A stretch of DNA of 64,000 bases, from contig CAWAWS010000006.1 of the NCBI GenBank assembly GCA_963785725.1, positions 128,001 through 192,000 of the forward strand, read 5' to 3'. The stretch is from an uncultured delta proteobacterium. Its GTDB lineage: Bacteria; Myxococcota_A; Polyangia; Palsa-1104. Shown here in pieces: positions 11,682 to 22,176 of the stretch. A program made the translations under genes and the position numbers. Below the pieces are notes generated by a model. The model did not search any database. It worked only from the letters and a program-made list of their open reading frames with translations, and was not told the origin of the DNA. The first letter of the stretch is position 1. Each line of letters opens with the position of its first letter.

Positions 11682-11737
11682 AATGCGTCCTCACGAAGCG
11701 CACGCAAGACGGCGCTCACAAACGATAAACCAGGAGA

Positions 11738-11992
11738 ATGAATATGAATCGCATGATGACTGCTCTCGCGCTTTCCGGTCTCTTCATCGCCGCGCCCGCG
11801 TTCGCCAAGACGGCGACGAAGCCGGTTGTCGCCGGCGCCAGTGACAAGGCGGTCGCCGGCTCCGACGCCAAGCCCGACGCGGCGCCCGCCGACGCGTCGG
11901 CGAAGCCGGCCAAGAAGACGAAGAAGAGCAAGAAGGCGACGACCGAGACGAAGACCGAGACGCCGGCTCCGTCGGACGCGCCGGCCAAGTAA
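11738..11992 (+). CDS. Small secreted Lys/Ala-rich low-complexity protein, copy 1 (start may be 11744)
   Basis: AGGAG SD, Sec signal ending APAFA, mature region containing KKTKKSKKATTETK. Confidence 0.85.
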   Translation: MNMNRMMTALALSGLFIAAPAFAKTATKPVVAGASDKAVAGSDAKPDAAPADASAKPAKKTKKSKKATTETKTETPAPSDAPAK

Positions 11993-12029
11993 CGAACGCC
12001 GTAAACGAAAACAACCGAGGAGAATGCCT

Positions 12030-12293
12030 ATGAACCGTATCGTGAGTGCTGTGATGTTGTCGGGTCTGCTCGTCGCTGCGCCGGCCTTCGCCAAGACCGT
12101 TGCGCACAAGAGCGTGGCGACGGCGGGCGACAAGGCCGCGGGTTCGACCGACGCCAAGAGCGACGTGAAGACGGACGCGGCGGCGCCGGCGGACGCGTCG
12201 GCCAAGCCGGTCAAGAAGACGAAGAAGAGCAAGAAGGCCACGACCGAGACGAAGACGGATGCGCCGGCGCCGGCGGACGCTCCCGCCAAGTAG
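12030..12293 (+). CDS. Small secreted Lys/Ala-rich low-complexity protein, copy 2
   Basis: GAGGAG SD, MNRIVSAVMLSGLLVAAPAFA signal peptide; paralog of 11738..11992. Confidence 0.85.
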   Translation: MNRIVSAVMLSGLLVAAPAFAKTVAHKSVATAGDKAAGSTDAKSDVKTDAAAPADASAKPVKKTKKSKKATTETKTDAPAPADAPAK

Positions 12294-12315
12294 TCGGGGC
12301 GAAAGCAGCGAATGG

Positions 12316-12358
12316 GGCCGGGCGGCGCGCGACGAATTCGCGGCCGCCCGGTCTTTTG
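12316..12358 (+). terminator. Intrinsic terminator after the tandem small genes
   Basis: GGCCGGGCGGC...GCCGCCCGGTC hairpin followed by TTTT. Confidence 0.7.
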
Positions 12359-12421
12359 CGTACGTCGGAAGGGTCGGAAGCGAGCATTCGCGCGTGGCAG
12401 AAGGCGCGCGATGGGATCTGC

Positions 12422-12560
12422 GTGCACGGACGGCTGACGACGTTGCGTCCAGCGACGGCAATCGACGTCGACCGTCTGGTCGCGTGGCACGCGGATTCGG
12501 AGGTCGCGCGCTATCGGGACAACGCGCGTTTCACGCGTGCAGAGTTGGATCGGCGGCCGT
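12422..12560 (+). pseudogene. Possible remnant of a GNAT (RimL/AAC-like) N-terminus
   Basis: VHGRLTTLRPATAIDVDRLVAWHADSEVARY resembles a GNAT beta1-alpha1 region; the frame then runs into a convergent gene. Confidence 0.45.
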
Positions 12561-12908
12561 TCACGCCGCCGCGAGCAGCCGCCGCGACCACGCGCACTGT
12601 CGCGTCGACGGATCGAGGTCGACGATGATGCCGTGCGCGCCGACCTGACACACCACCGTGACGACTTCGATCTGCGCGTCCCCGACGATCCGCGTCGCCG
12701 TCGCGCGCGCGCCCACGCCGAGCGTGGCGATGGCGCGCTCCGCTTTGTCCTCCGACGTGAACGCGAGCAGGTAATTCGAGCCCCAGGCTTCGGCCTGCAG
12801 GTACGTCAGCTCGTCGTACATCCCGGGTTGCCGCGTCTGAATGAGCCAGAGGCGCGCGGCCAGCGAGAAGCCGTCGAAAGCGGATACGGAGTTCGGTTGA
12901 AGTTCCAC
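12561..12908 (-). CDS. Hypothetical protein (possible SseB-like fold); TTG at 12920 is an alternative start
   Basis: Natural-looking globular ORF containing LLAFTSEDKAERA; sigma54-like motif just upstream. Confidence 0.7.
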   Translation of the reverse strand: MELQPNSVSAFDGFSLAARLWLIQTRQPGMYDELTYLQAEAWGSNYLLAFTSEDKAERAIATLGVGARATATRIVGDAQIEVVTVVCQVGAHGIIVDLDPSTRQCAWSRRLLAAA

Positions 12909-12920
12909 GAGCAATAGCAA

Positions 12921-12937
12921 TGCAAGAGCAACGCCCG
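12921..12937 (-). promoter_or_regulatory. Putative sigma54 promoter for the 12561..12908 gene
   Basis: Minus strand reads CGGGCGTTGCTCTTGCA = GG-N10-GC with TTGCA. Confidence 0.5.
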
Positions 12938-13018
12938 GCTCGTCGGTCGGAACGCTCGCTCGTTGCTGGCTATGTCGAATTGTGACGAAAGGGGCCGCAG
13001 CCCGGAGTCATGCTGGTG

Positions 13019-13573
13019 CTAGTAGTCGTCGTTGCCGTCCCAGCGCCACTTGCCGCGCTCGCGGTCTTCCTCTTTGGGACGACCTTCGCCCGGACGCTTC
13101 TTGGCGTCGGCGCGCTTTTCGGGACGAGCCGCGCGGCGGCGTCCCTCTTCCTTGTCGACCGTCGCCGACGCGACCGGATAGCGCGGACCACCGCGGAAGC
13201 CGCCCGGCGCGCCACCGAAGCCGCCCGGACGCGGACCACCCGGGCCACGCGGCGGACCGCTGCCCGGCGGACCGCCGAAGCCACCCGGACGCGGACGCGG
13301 CGCCGGCCGCGGGTCGCCCGGCTTACGCTCCTGCGCCTTCTCGACGAAGACGTTGCGTCCCGAGAGCATCACGCCGTTCCACTGTTTGATCGCCGAGTCG
13401 GCGTCAGCATCAGTCGCGACTTCGATGAACGCGAAGCCACGCGGCCGCTGCGTCTCCCGATCGAGCGCGATGCGAACGCTCTGAACCGTTCGCCCTTCCT
13501 GACTGAATGCCTCGCGAAGCTCCAGCTCCGTGATCGCGTACGACAGATTCCCCACGAACAACTTGGTACCCAC
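13019..13573 (-). CDS. RRM RNA-binding protein with Gly/Pro/Arg-rich tail
   Basis: KLFVGNLSY (RNP2), DRETQRPRGFAFIEV (RNP1); GTG start at 13573. Confidence 0.92.
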   Translation of the reverse strand: MGTKLFVGNLSYAITELELREAFSQEGRTVQSVRIALDRETQRPRGFAFIEVATDADADSAIKQWNGVMLSGRNVFVEKAQERKPGDPRPAPRPRPGGFGGPPGSGPPRGPGGPRPGGFGGAPGGFRGGPRYPVASATVDKEEGRRRAARPEKRADAKKRPGEGRPKEEDRERGKWRWDGNDDY

Positions 13574-13638
13574 GGTCCGATCGCGCTCCTTTTTTGCTGC
13601 TACCGTTCCAATGATCACAACGCGTGACCAATGTTCCC

Positions 13639-13667
13639 ACAGTAAGGGCTCGCGCAAACAGTAGCAA
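13639..13667 (-). promoter_or_regulatory. Putative sigma70 promoter of the RRM gene
   Basis: TTGCTA-N17-TACTGT on the minus strand. Confidence 0.5.
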
Positions 13668-13774
13668 GCGCGAAACAGCACAATTCACTACTGAATAAGT
13701 CTAAGCTGGAACTCGTATCATGTACAGGGAACGCAGGCGTCCACCGTCCGATGCGCTGCGTTAGGAGCACACTC

Positions 13775-15166
13775 ATGAGCCGCTCGTTGTCGACGATCCT
13801 GGTCAGCGTCTTCGGCCTCGTCGCTGCGCCTGCGTGGGCCCAGCAGCCGATGGCGCCGCAGTCGCCGCAGCCGATCGTCCCGCAGCCACAACAATACGCC
13901 CAGCCGACGAGCCCGCAACCGTCGGTGCAGCCGATTCCGCCCTACGATGTCCCGCAATACAGCCCGCCGCCGTCTCAGCTGCAGCCGGGCGAGTACGGCG
14001 ACGATGACGAGGAAGAGGAAGGCTACGACGTCACCTACGACGTCATGCAGCCGGACGCGCAGCAGCAGGATTACGACGACGGTTACGATCCCGAGGCCTA
14101 CCAGCAGTTCGAGTCGCAGCTGTCGCCCTACGGCACGTGGGAAGACAGCGGCACCTACGGTCGCGTTTGGGTGCCGTCGCCGGGTGTCGTCGGCGGCGAC
14201 TTCCAGCCCTACGACACCGACGGTTACTTCGCCAACACCGACTACGGCTGGACCTGGGTCAGCAACTACAACTGGGGCTGGGCGCCGTTTCATTACGGTC
14301 GCTGGATGGTCTTGAGCGGTCGCGGCTGGTGTTGGATGCCGGGCACGCAGTGGGGCCCGGCGTGGGTCAACTGGCGCTTCGGCGGCGGCTATGCCGGCTG
14401 GTCGCCGATGGCGCCGCGCGGAGTCAGCATCGGCGCGCCGCGCGGCACGCGGGGGCCGTGGCGCTTCACGACGGCGGGGCAGCTGGGCGCGGTGCATCCG
14501 GCGTATCTCCCGTCGCGCGTGATGCCGTCGGTGTGGGGACGCACGCAGGCGATCAACAACGTGTCCAACGTGCGCGTCGGCGGCGTCGGCGTGCGCATCA
14601 ACGCCGGGCCGTCGCCGGCGATGGTGGCGTCGGCGACGGGCCGCGTGGTCGCGCCGGTGCCGCTGCACACGCTGGCGCCGATGGCGCTGCCGCGCGCGAC
14701 GGTCGTCGCGCACGCGGGCACGCCGATGGCGTCGCGGCCGTGGATGCAGTCGCGGCCGATCGGCGGCAGCTTCGCGCGGCCGGCGAACAACGCGCGCTGG
14801 CTGGGCGCGGCGAGCGCGTCGCACGCGATGCCGACGATGGGCAGCAACTATCGTGGCTACACGCCGCAGCCGGCCTATCGCGCGCCGATGCAGCAGCCGT
14901 ATCGCGGCACGCCCATGCAGCCGGTGCGCTATTCGCAGCCGGTGTATCGCGCGCCGATGCCCGCGCAGCAGTATCACTACGCGCAGCCGGTCTATCGCTC
15001 GACGTACAGCGCGCCGTCGTTCCACGTGAGCGCGCCGACGTACAACGCGCCCAGCGCCCCCACGTACAGCGCGCCCGCGCCCGTTTCGCACGGCGGCTTC
15101 AGCGGCGGCGTGTCGGGCGGCGGCTTTCACGGCGGCGGCGGCGGTCACTCGGGCGGGCATCGCTGA
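13775..15166 (+). CDS. Secreted DUF6600-like Trp/Gly-rich protein with low-complexity Pro/Gln and Gly tails
   Basis: AGGAG SD, signal peptide, LSPYGTW..YGRVWVP, YGWTWVS..WGWAPFHYGRW. Confidence 0.8.
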   Translation: MSRSLSTILVSVFGLVAAPAWAQQPMAPQSPQPIVPQPQQYAQPTSPQPSVQPIPPYDVPQYSPPPSQLQPGEYGDDDEEEEGYDVTYDVMQPDAQQQDYDDGYDPEAYQQFESQLSPYGTWEDSGTYGRVWVPSPGVVGGDFQPYDTDGYFANTDYGWTWVSNYNWGWAPFHYGRWMVLSGRGWCWMPGTQWGPAWVNWRFGGGYAGWSPMAPRGVSIGAPRGTRGPWRFTTAGQLGAVHPAYLPSRVMPSVWGRTQAINNVSNVRVGGVGVRINAGPSPAMVASATGRVVAPVPLHTLAPMALPRATVVAHAGTPMASRPWMQSRPIGGSFARPANNARWLGAASASHAMPTMGSNYRGYTPQPAYRAPMQQPYRGTPMQPVRYSQPVYRAPMPAQQYHYAQPVYRSTYSAPSFHVSAPTYNAPSAPTYSAPAPVSHGGFSGGVSGGGFHGGGGGHSGGHR

Positions 15167-15295
15167 CACACCGCGCGTCCGTTCGTCCTTCTTTGCGCCG
15201 CTAAGGCCACGGCCGGAGCGGCTCGGTCATTCGAGCGAGCGTTCGTCCGCGGAGCAACGGTTGCAGCCATCCGTCCGCGACCCCACAACCCAACT

Positions 15296-16771
<1,476 letters not shown>

Positions 16772-16854
16772 AACCGCTTTGCCTACTTTGGGCGTCACAC
16801 ACGTGTTTTCGCCGCTCGTCCCGCCCGATCCGCGACGCCGCCGCCGAAAGTAAG

Positions 16855-16871
16855 TTGGCCCGCGATTAGCA
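16855..16871 (+). promoter_or_regulatory. Putative sigma54 (-24/-12) promoter
   Basis: TTGGCCCGCGATTAGCA = GG-N10-GC, followed by the AGGAGG SD at 16884. Confidence 0.6.
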
Positions 16872-16899
16872 ATGTGTCGGCGCAGGAGGCGGGGACAAC

Positions 16900-17067
16900 A
16901 TGAAAAACTTCGAGCCCGGTACGATCATTCAGCATTACGGCGTCTATCGCTGCTCCTGCGGCGATCACGAGTTCTTCGGCGTTTCAGGTCGTCTCTTTCC
17001 GCGCGTCCACTGCCCGTCGGGAAATTGGGAGATGAAGCATCGTTCGCGCGAGGAGAAGTTCTTTTAG
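16900..17067 (+). CDS. 55-aa Cys/His microprotein, YjzC/zinc-ribbon-like (not in the ORF track)
   Basis: Hand translation MKNFEPGTIIQHYGVYRCSCGDHEFFGVSGRLFPRVHCPSGNWEMKHRSREEKFF*; SD AGGAGG; F.PG..G.Y.C...G..FP...W pattern. Confidence 0.78.
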   Translation: MKNFEPGTIIQHYGVYRCSCGDHEFFGVSGRLFPRVHCPSGNWEMKHRSREEKFF

Positions 17068-17069
17068 TC

Positions 17070-18206
17070 ATGACGACGCTGCGACGATTGGCGATCACGC
17101 TGTCGGGCGCGGGCGACGGCGCGGCCTTGGACGCGGCGTTGGCGTTGGCCGAGCGCGCGCCGGTGTCGTTGGCGCTCGATTGCGAGACGCTGATGGCGGT
17201 GGCGCGCACGCAGCCCGAGCGACTGGCGGCCTTGCGCGCGGCGTTCGAGTCGGGGCAGCTCCGGCCGCTCTTGACGACGGCGCACCGCGCGTCACCGGCG
17301 CTGCTCGACGCGGCCGAGCTGGCCGACGAGCTGCGCCTCGACGAGGAGCTCGTGCAGTCGCTCTTCGGCGTGACGCTGTCGCCGCGCGGCTTCGCCGGCG
17401 TCGCGGACGTCGCCGCGCTGGAGCAAGCGGGCGTCGACTATGTCCTCGCCAACCCCGATGTCGAGCCGCAGCGCGTGGGCGAGCGGCTGATCGCGCTGCC
17501 GGCCTTGCGTTGGTCCTTGTCGACGTTGGATTTGGTGGTGGCGCTGGAGACGATCGATCGGCTGCGCGCCGAAGGGTTCACGCTCGTCGGCGCCGACGAG
17601 CTGGCGGCGTCGTTGACGGCGCCGTGGCTTCCGCGCGGCGCGGCCGAGACCGAGGCGGTGCCGGCGAGCTTGCGCGCGCTGGCGGCGCTCACCGGCTGGT
17701 GCTTGGACGCGTTCGGGCTGCCGCGCGTACCGGGCGTGGCGGCGGCGTCGCTGGCCGAAGAAGGCTGGCGGCTCGAGCGCTTCTCGGCGCGGGCGCGGCT
17801 GCCGTTGACGCGTCGGCGCGGCTTGGCGGCCGAGCGGCGCGCGTTCGTGGCGGCCTATGAAGTGTGCGACGTGCTCGCCGTCGAGACGCGCGTGCCGGGA
17901 ACGCGGATTCACGCGGCTGGCGCGCTCGACGCCGGCGTGATGCCGCTCATGACGGCGCTCGCGGACGAGCATGGCGCAGGCGATCCGATGGCGCGGGCGG
18001 GCGCGGCGTACGACGAGCTGGTCGCGTTCGGCTTCTTGGGGGCGACGCGCTGGCGGGCGCTCTTGTCGGGGCTGCGGGATGCGTTCGCGCTGCTGGCGTC
18101 GCGGCGTGCGGTCGACTGGTCGGTCGTGGCGGAGGCGGAGGCGGACGTCGAGCAGTGGACGCAGCCGCTGTATGCGAGCGAGACGAGCGGCTCGGCCGTG
18201 AATTAG
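17070..18206 (+). CDS. Hypothetical protein with a degenerate glycoside hydrolase family 57-like N-terminal domain
   Basis: ATG 2 nt after the microprotein stop with GAGGAG SD; LAALRAAFESGQLRPL..H...ALL..AELADEL...LFG..PRGF resembles GH57. Confidence 0.65.
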   Translation: MTTLRRLAITLSGAGDGAALDAALALAERAPVSLALDCETLMAVARTQPERLAALRAAFESGQLRPLLTTAHRASPALLDAAELADELRLDEELVQSLFGVTLSPRGFAGVADVAALEQAGVDYVLANPDVEPQRVGERLIALPALRWSLSTLDLVVALETIDRLRAEGFTLVGADELAASLTAPWLPRGAAETEAVPASLRALAALTGWCLDAFGLPRVPGVAAASLAEEGWRLERFSARARLPLTRRRGLAAERRAFVAAYEVCDVLAVETRVPGTRIHAAGALDAGVMPLMTALADEHGAGDPMARAGAAYDELVAFGFLGATRWRALLSGLRDAFALLASRRAVDWSVVAEAEADVEQWTQPLYASETSGSAVN

Positions 18207-18307
18207 CGCGCGGCGGCTGCCGCGGCGAGCGGCGGAATGCGCGACTGGCGCGGCGGGCGGCGGATGACGCGGCTGGCCGCGCGGTCGGATGAGCGGTTTA
18301 CGGCTTG

Positions 18308-18348
18308 GCTGCGGCGCGCGGGATTCCGGTGGAATCGCGCGCCGCAGC
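18308..18348. terminator. Strong hairpin between convergent genes (possible terminator or REP-like element)
   Basis: GCTGCGGCGCGCG-GG-ATTCC-GGT-GGAAT-CGCGCGCCGCAGC. Confidence 0.55.
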
Positions 18349-18486
18349 TCCGTCGTGCCGGCCATCGGTGGATCGCGCACGACGATCGCGAGGCTTATCG
18401 CGGGCTCGGTCTCGCAGCGCCGACGTTCGCCCCCAAGCGCAACGCTTACGGCGAGCACACGTTCGCGCGTCGCAGCTCCGGACGCG

Positions 18487-18951
18487 TCAGCGGGCGAACG
18501 ACATCTGCAGTATGCGATCCATCGCCGCGTGATACGGGAATCCGCCGGCGCGATGCCGTTCGGCGCCGGCGGCGGCGCGGTAGTAGAGCGCCAGCGCCCG
18601 CGCGTGATCTTGGTCGCGCAGGCGTTCCGCGAGCTCGAACTCGACGGGCTCGACGGCGCCCGGGACGTCGTGCTCGACGGCGCGCTCGAGGCGTCGGCGC
18701 GCGCCCTCGGCGTCGCCGAGCGCGTCGCAGGCGTGGGCGGCGCCGACGAGCGCGTCGAGCCGGTCGGCGTCGGTCGCGTCCTTGCGCGCGGCGGCGGCGT
18801 CATAGCGGCGCAAGGCGTCGCCGGCGCGGCCCGCCTGCGCGGCACCGGCGGCGCGCGCGATCGCTTGGCGCGGCGTGCCGGCGCAGCCCGTCGCGGCGAC
18901 GGCGAGCGCGCCCAGCAGCAGCACTGTCGGAGCGGTGCGCGCGCGTGGCAT
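18487..18951 (-). CDS. Helical TPR-like lipoprotein
   Basis: Lipobox AATGC; TPR-like helices (GDALRRYD, GDAEGARRRLERA). Confidence 0.7.
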   Translation of the reverse strand: MPRARTAPTVLLLGALAVAATGCAGTPRQAIARAAGAAQAGRAGDALRRYDAAAARKDATDADRLDALVGAAHACDALGDAEGARRRLERAVEHDVPGAVEPVEFELAERLRDQDHARALALYYRAAAGAERHRAGGFPYHAAMDRILQMSFAR

Positions 18952-18961
18952 ATTCGTTAGC

Positions 18962-19486
18962 ATGTCGAAGATCGACCTCGCGCTCAAGGAGACGTTCCGC
19001 CACGCCCGCAACGCCATCGAATCCTACGGCGTTCGCGTCTACATCGGCGACGTCCAGGATCCCAACACCGGCATCTTCGACGGCGCCGAAATCGGCATCG
19101 ATTACGCCAACGATCTCGAAATGTCGCTGTTCGTGCTCGTGCACCTCTTCGGCCACACGGTGCAGTGGAATACGGTGCCGGCCTATCGCACGATCGATCA
19201 GCGGGCCAAGCCGGGCGCGCCGCCGGACGTGATCGAAGAGGCGCGCGTCTACGAGCAGAACGCCTCGCGCTACGGCCTGCAGCTGCTGCACGAGGCCAAG
19301 GTCCTCGATCGCGATCAGTGGATCAGCGACTGGTGGGCATCCGACTGGAAGTATCTATCGACGTTCTACCGGACGGGAAAGCTGCCGGCTTGGAGCGACT
19401 GTCGCTCGACCGGCCACGGCCTCATCACGCCGCTGGCCATCCCCGAGTTCGTCGCCCACCGCTATTACACGCGCTACGCCTTCTAG
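18962..19486 (+). CDS. ImmA/IrrE-like zincin-fold protein with HLFGH in place of HExxH
   Basis: IGID...FVLVHLFGHTVQW...YEQNASRYG pattern; typical codon usage. Confidence 0.72.
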   Translation: MSKIDLALKETFRHARNAIESYGVRVYIGDVQDPNTGIFDGAEIGIDYANDLEMSLFVLVHLFGHTVQWNTVPAYRTIDQRAKPGAPPDVIEEARVYEQNASRYGLQLLHEAKVLDRDQWISDWWASDWKYLSTFYRTGKLPAWSDCRSTGHGLITPLAIPEFVAHRYYTRYAF

Positions 19487-19530
19487 CCGCGCCTCTCGAT
19501 AGTTCTCGTCGCGAACCAATATGGTTCGCG

Positions 19531-20289
19531 TCACGAACGATCGGTGCCCCACACTTCGCGGACGCGCGCTTCCAGCCGCTGGAAAATGAGCACTTCGGTC
19601 ACCAGGCCGAGCGCGACGATCGCCACCATCACCGCCATGACGCGTGCCATGTCGCCGAGCTCGCGTCCCGTCGCCAGCAGCTGCCCGAGCCCGCCCGACA
19701 CGAAGAGCAGCTCGCCGGCCATCAGCGAGCGCCAGGCGAACGTCCAGCCGAGCCGCATGCCGCTGATGATCGACGGCAGCGCCGCCGGCAAGATCACGCG
19801 CAAGTAGAGCGTCATGCCTTTGGCGCCCATCGTGCGCGCGGCGCGCAGGTAGAGCGGCGGCACGTTGCGCACGCCCGCTTCCGTGGCCACCGTGACCGAG
19901 AGCAGCGAGCCGGCGATGACGACGAACAAGATCGCCGACTCCGACAGCCCGAACCACAAGAGCGCCAGCGGCAGCCAGCAGATCGACGGCAGCGCCTGCA
20001 GCCCGGTCACGATCGTGCCTATCGATTCGCGCAGCGTCCGCGAGCGCGCCAGCATGAGGCCGAGCGTGATGCCGGCGACGAGCGAGATGAAGTAGCCGAT
20101 GAGCAGGCGCCGCATCGACACGGCGATTCCCCATGGGATGCTGCCGTCGACGATGCCGCTATAGAAGCTGCGCGCGATGGCCAGCGGCGATGGGAAAACC
20201 CACGGCTTCCACAGCCCGAGCCTAGATGCCCCCTCCCATGCCACCAGCAGGATCAGGAGGAACAGCGCCCGGCGTAGGCTGCCACGCAT
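19531..20289 (-). CDS. ssuC: Sulfonate/nitrate-type ABC transporter permease
   Basis: LQALPSICWLPL, RAARTMGA..VILPAALPSIISGMRLG (EAA loop). Confidence 0.85.
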   Translation of the reverse strand: MRGSLRRALFLLILLVAWEGASRLGLWKPWVFPSPLAIARSFYSGIVDGSIPWGIAVSMRRLLIGYFISLVAGITLGLMLARSRTLRESIGTIVTGLQALPSICWLPLALLWFGLSESAILFVVIAGSLLSVTVATEAGVRNVPPLYLRAARTMGAKGMTLYLRVILPAALPSIISGMRLGWTFAWRSLMAGELLFVSGGLGQLLATGRELGDMARVMAVMVAIVALGLVTEVLIFQRLEARVREVWGTDRS

Positions 20290-21058
20290 CGTCGATCTCC
20301 TCACGCATGACCTTTTCGACTTCGGTTCGCAGCTCGCGCATGATGCGCCCGACGTAATGCGCGACGTCGCTCTCGCCGTTGCGCGGTCGCGCCAACGCGA
20401 TCGGCTCGTCGAGCTTGATGCGCCCGGGCCGCGTGGCCATGAGGACCACGCGATCGCCCAGGCGCACCGCCTCGCGGACGTTGTGCGTGACGAAGACCAC
20501 CGTCTTCTTCGTCGCGCGCCAAATGTCGGTCAATTCGCCGTGCAAGACGTCGCGCGTCTGCGCGTCGAGCGCGGCGAAGGGCTCGTCCATGAGCAGCACT
20601 TGCGGATCGGGCGCCAGCGCGCGCGCCAAGGCTGCGCGCTGCCGCATGCCGCCCGACAGCTCGTGCACATAGGCGTCGGCGAAGCGCCACAAGTGCACCT
20701 TCTTCAAGAACGTCTCGACGCGCTGGGCGCGCTCGGCCTTGTCGGCGTAACCGGCGAGCTCGAGCCCGAAGTCGACGTTCTTGCGCACGCTCAGCCACGG
20801 GAACAGCGCCGAATCCTGAAACATGACGCTGCGCTCGGGACCCGGCCCTTCGATCGGCTTGCCGTCGAGCGTGACCGTGCCGGCGTCGGCGCGCTCGAGC
20901 CCGGCGATGAGGTTGAGCAGCGTCGACTTGCCGCAGCCCGATGGACCGACGAGGCAGACGAACTGGCCGTCCTCGATCGTCAAGTCGACCTCGGCCAGCG
21001 CGTGGTGCGAGCCGCGCCGCGTGGCGAACCGCTTCGAGACCTGGTGCAGCGCGATCAT
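20222..21058 (-). CDS. ssuB: Sulfonate/nitrate-type ABC transporter ATP-binding protein
   Basis: GPSGCGKST, LFPWLSV, LSGGMRQR, LLMDEPF. Confidence 0.88.
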   Translation of the reverse strand: MIALHQVSKRFATRRGSHHALAEVDLTIEDGQFVCLVGPSGCGKSTLLNLIAGLERADAGTVTLDGKPIEGPGPERSVMFQDSALFPWLSVRKNVDFGLELAGYADKAERAQRVETFLKKVHLWRFADAYVHELSGGMRQRAALARALAPDPQVLLMDEPFAALDAQTRDVLHGELTDIWRATKKTVVFVTHNVREAVRLGDRVVLMATRPGRIKLDEPIALARPRNGESDVAHYVGRIMRELRTEVEKVMREEIDDAWQPTPGAVPPDPAGGMGGGI

Positions 21059-22077
21059 GGCGGCGGCGCAGTCGTCGTCGGGGCGAAGCGCCGGTCGAGG
21101 ATGCCGGTCATGTCGCCGGCGGGCAGGAAGTCGAGCGCGCGCCCGTCGGCCAGCTGCTTCTGCAACGCCGCGTCGGAGATCACGCTCGTCAGCTCCACGC
21201 GCCGCCACGCATCGGCGAACACCTGCGGCGGCAACCGCTTCTTCGCCCACTTGAACAGGCCATCGTCGACGGCCATGCGCGCTTCGGCGTCGTGCGCGTG
21301 GATCCAATCGATCGTCTGCTGGTTGGCGTGCACGAGCTTCTGCACGACCTCGGGATGCTCGTCAGCCAGCTTCTTCGTCACCACCAGCACCGTGATCGGG
21401 AACTTGTGCTCGGGCCAGCGGTCGCGCTCGTCCAAAAACAGCTGGCCATTGGCCTCGTCGATGAGCCGCGACAGCCACGGCTCGGGAACCCAGGCGCCGT
21501 CGATCTCTTTGCGCTTCATCAGCGTCAGGATGTCGGCGTTGGCGATGGGCATGACCTGCACGTCGCCGCCGCGATCCTTCGTCTTCATCCCGAGCGCGCC
21601 CAAATAGGTGCGCAAGGCGATGTCTTGCGTATTGCCGAGCTGCGGCGACGCCAGCTTCTTGCCGTGCAGGTCTTTGGGCTTGGCGATGCCGGCGTCTTTG
21701 CGCACGACGAGCCCGGCGCCATTGTCGGCCGCACCGGCGACGATGACGAGCCCCTCGCCGTGTGAGCGCAAGTAGCCGCTGATGGCGGGCGCGGGGCCGA
21801 CGTAGCAGGCGTCGAGCGCGCCGGCGAAGAGCGCCTCCATCGCTTCGGGCCCGGCGTTGAACGGCTTGCCGTCGATGGCGACCGGGTCGAGCGCGTGCGC
21901 GAAATCGCCATGAACGAGGCCGACAATCGGCACCGCGTGGGTCAAATTGGGGAAAAAGCCGAGCCGCAGCGTGCGCAGCGGCGGCGGCGCCGATTTATGC
22001 TCGACCTTGCCGCGACAACCGAGCAGCGCCATCGTCAACGTCACGAGGGCAATGCGAGTTTTGTCGGGGCGCGTCAT
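21055..22077 (-). CDS. ssuA: Aliphatic sulfonate-type ABC substrate-binding lipoprotein
   Basis: Lipobox LLGC; LRLGFFPNLTHA, FNAGPEAMEAL, PQLGNTQD, WVPEPW. Confidence 0.85.
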   Translation of the reverse strand: MTRPDKTRIALVTLTMALLGCRGKVEHKSAPPPLRTLRLGFFPNLTHAVPIVGLVHGDFAHALDPVAIDGKPFNAGPEAMEALFAGALDACYVGPAPAISGYLRSHGEGLVIVAGAADNGAGLVVRKDAGIAKPKDLHGKKLASPQLGNTQDIALRTYLGALGMKTKDRGGDVQVMPIANADILTLMKRKEIDGAWVPEPWLSRLIDEANGQLFLDERDRWPEHKFPITVLVVTKKLADEHPEVVQKLVHANQQTIDWIHAHDAEARMAVDDGLFKWAKKRLPPQVFADAWRRVELTSVISDAALQKQLADGRALDFLPAGDMTGILDRRFAPTTTAPPP

Positions 22078-22176
22078 GGGCCGTATCGTCGTCAGCGGCG
22101 GCAGTCGGTGCAAGCGGAAACGAATGTTTCGTGCCGCGGAAACATCCACGAAATGCGCCTCCCGCATAATCCAATC

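Noticed and set aside
18237..19232. 331-aa + strand ORF
   Set aside because: It is Arg/Ala-rich, overlaps two better-supported genes, and its 5' part is an intergenic hairpin region
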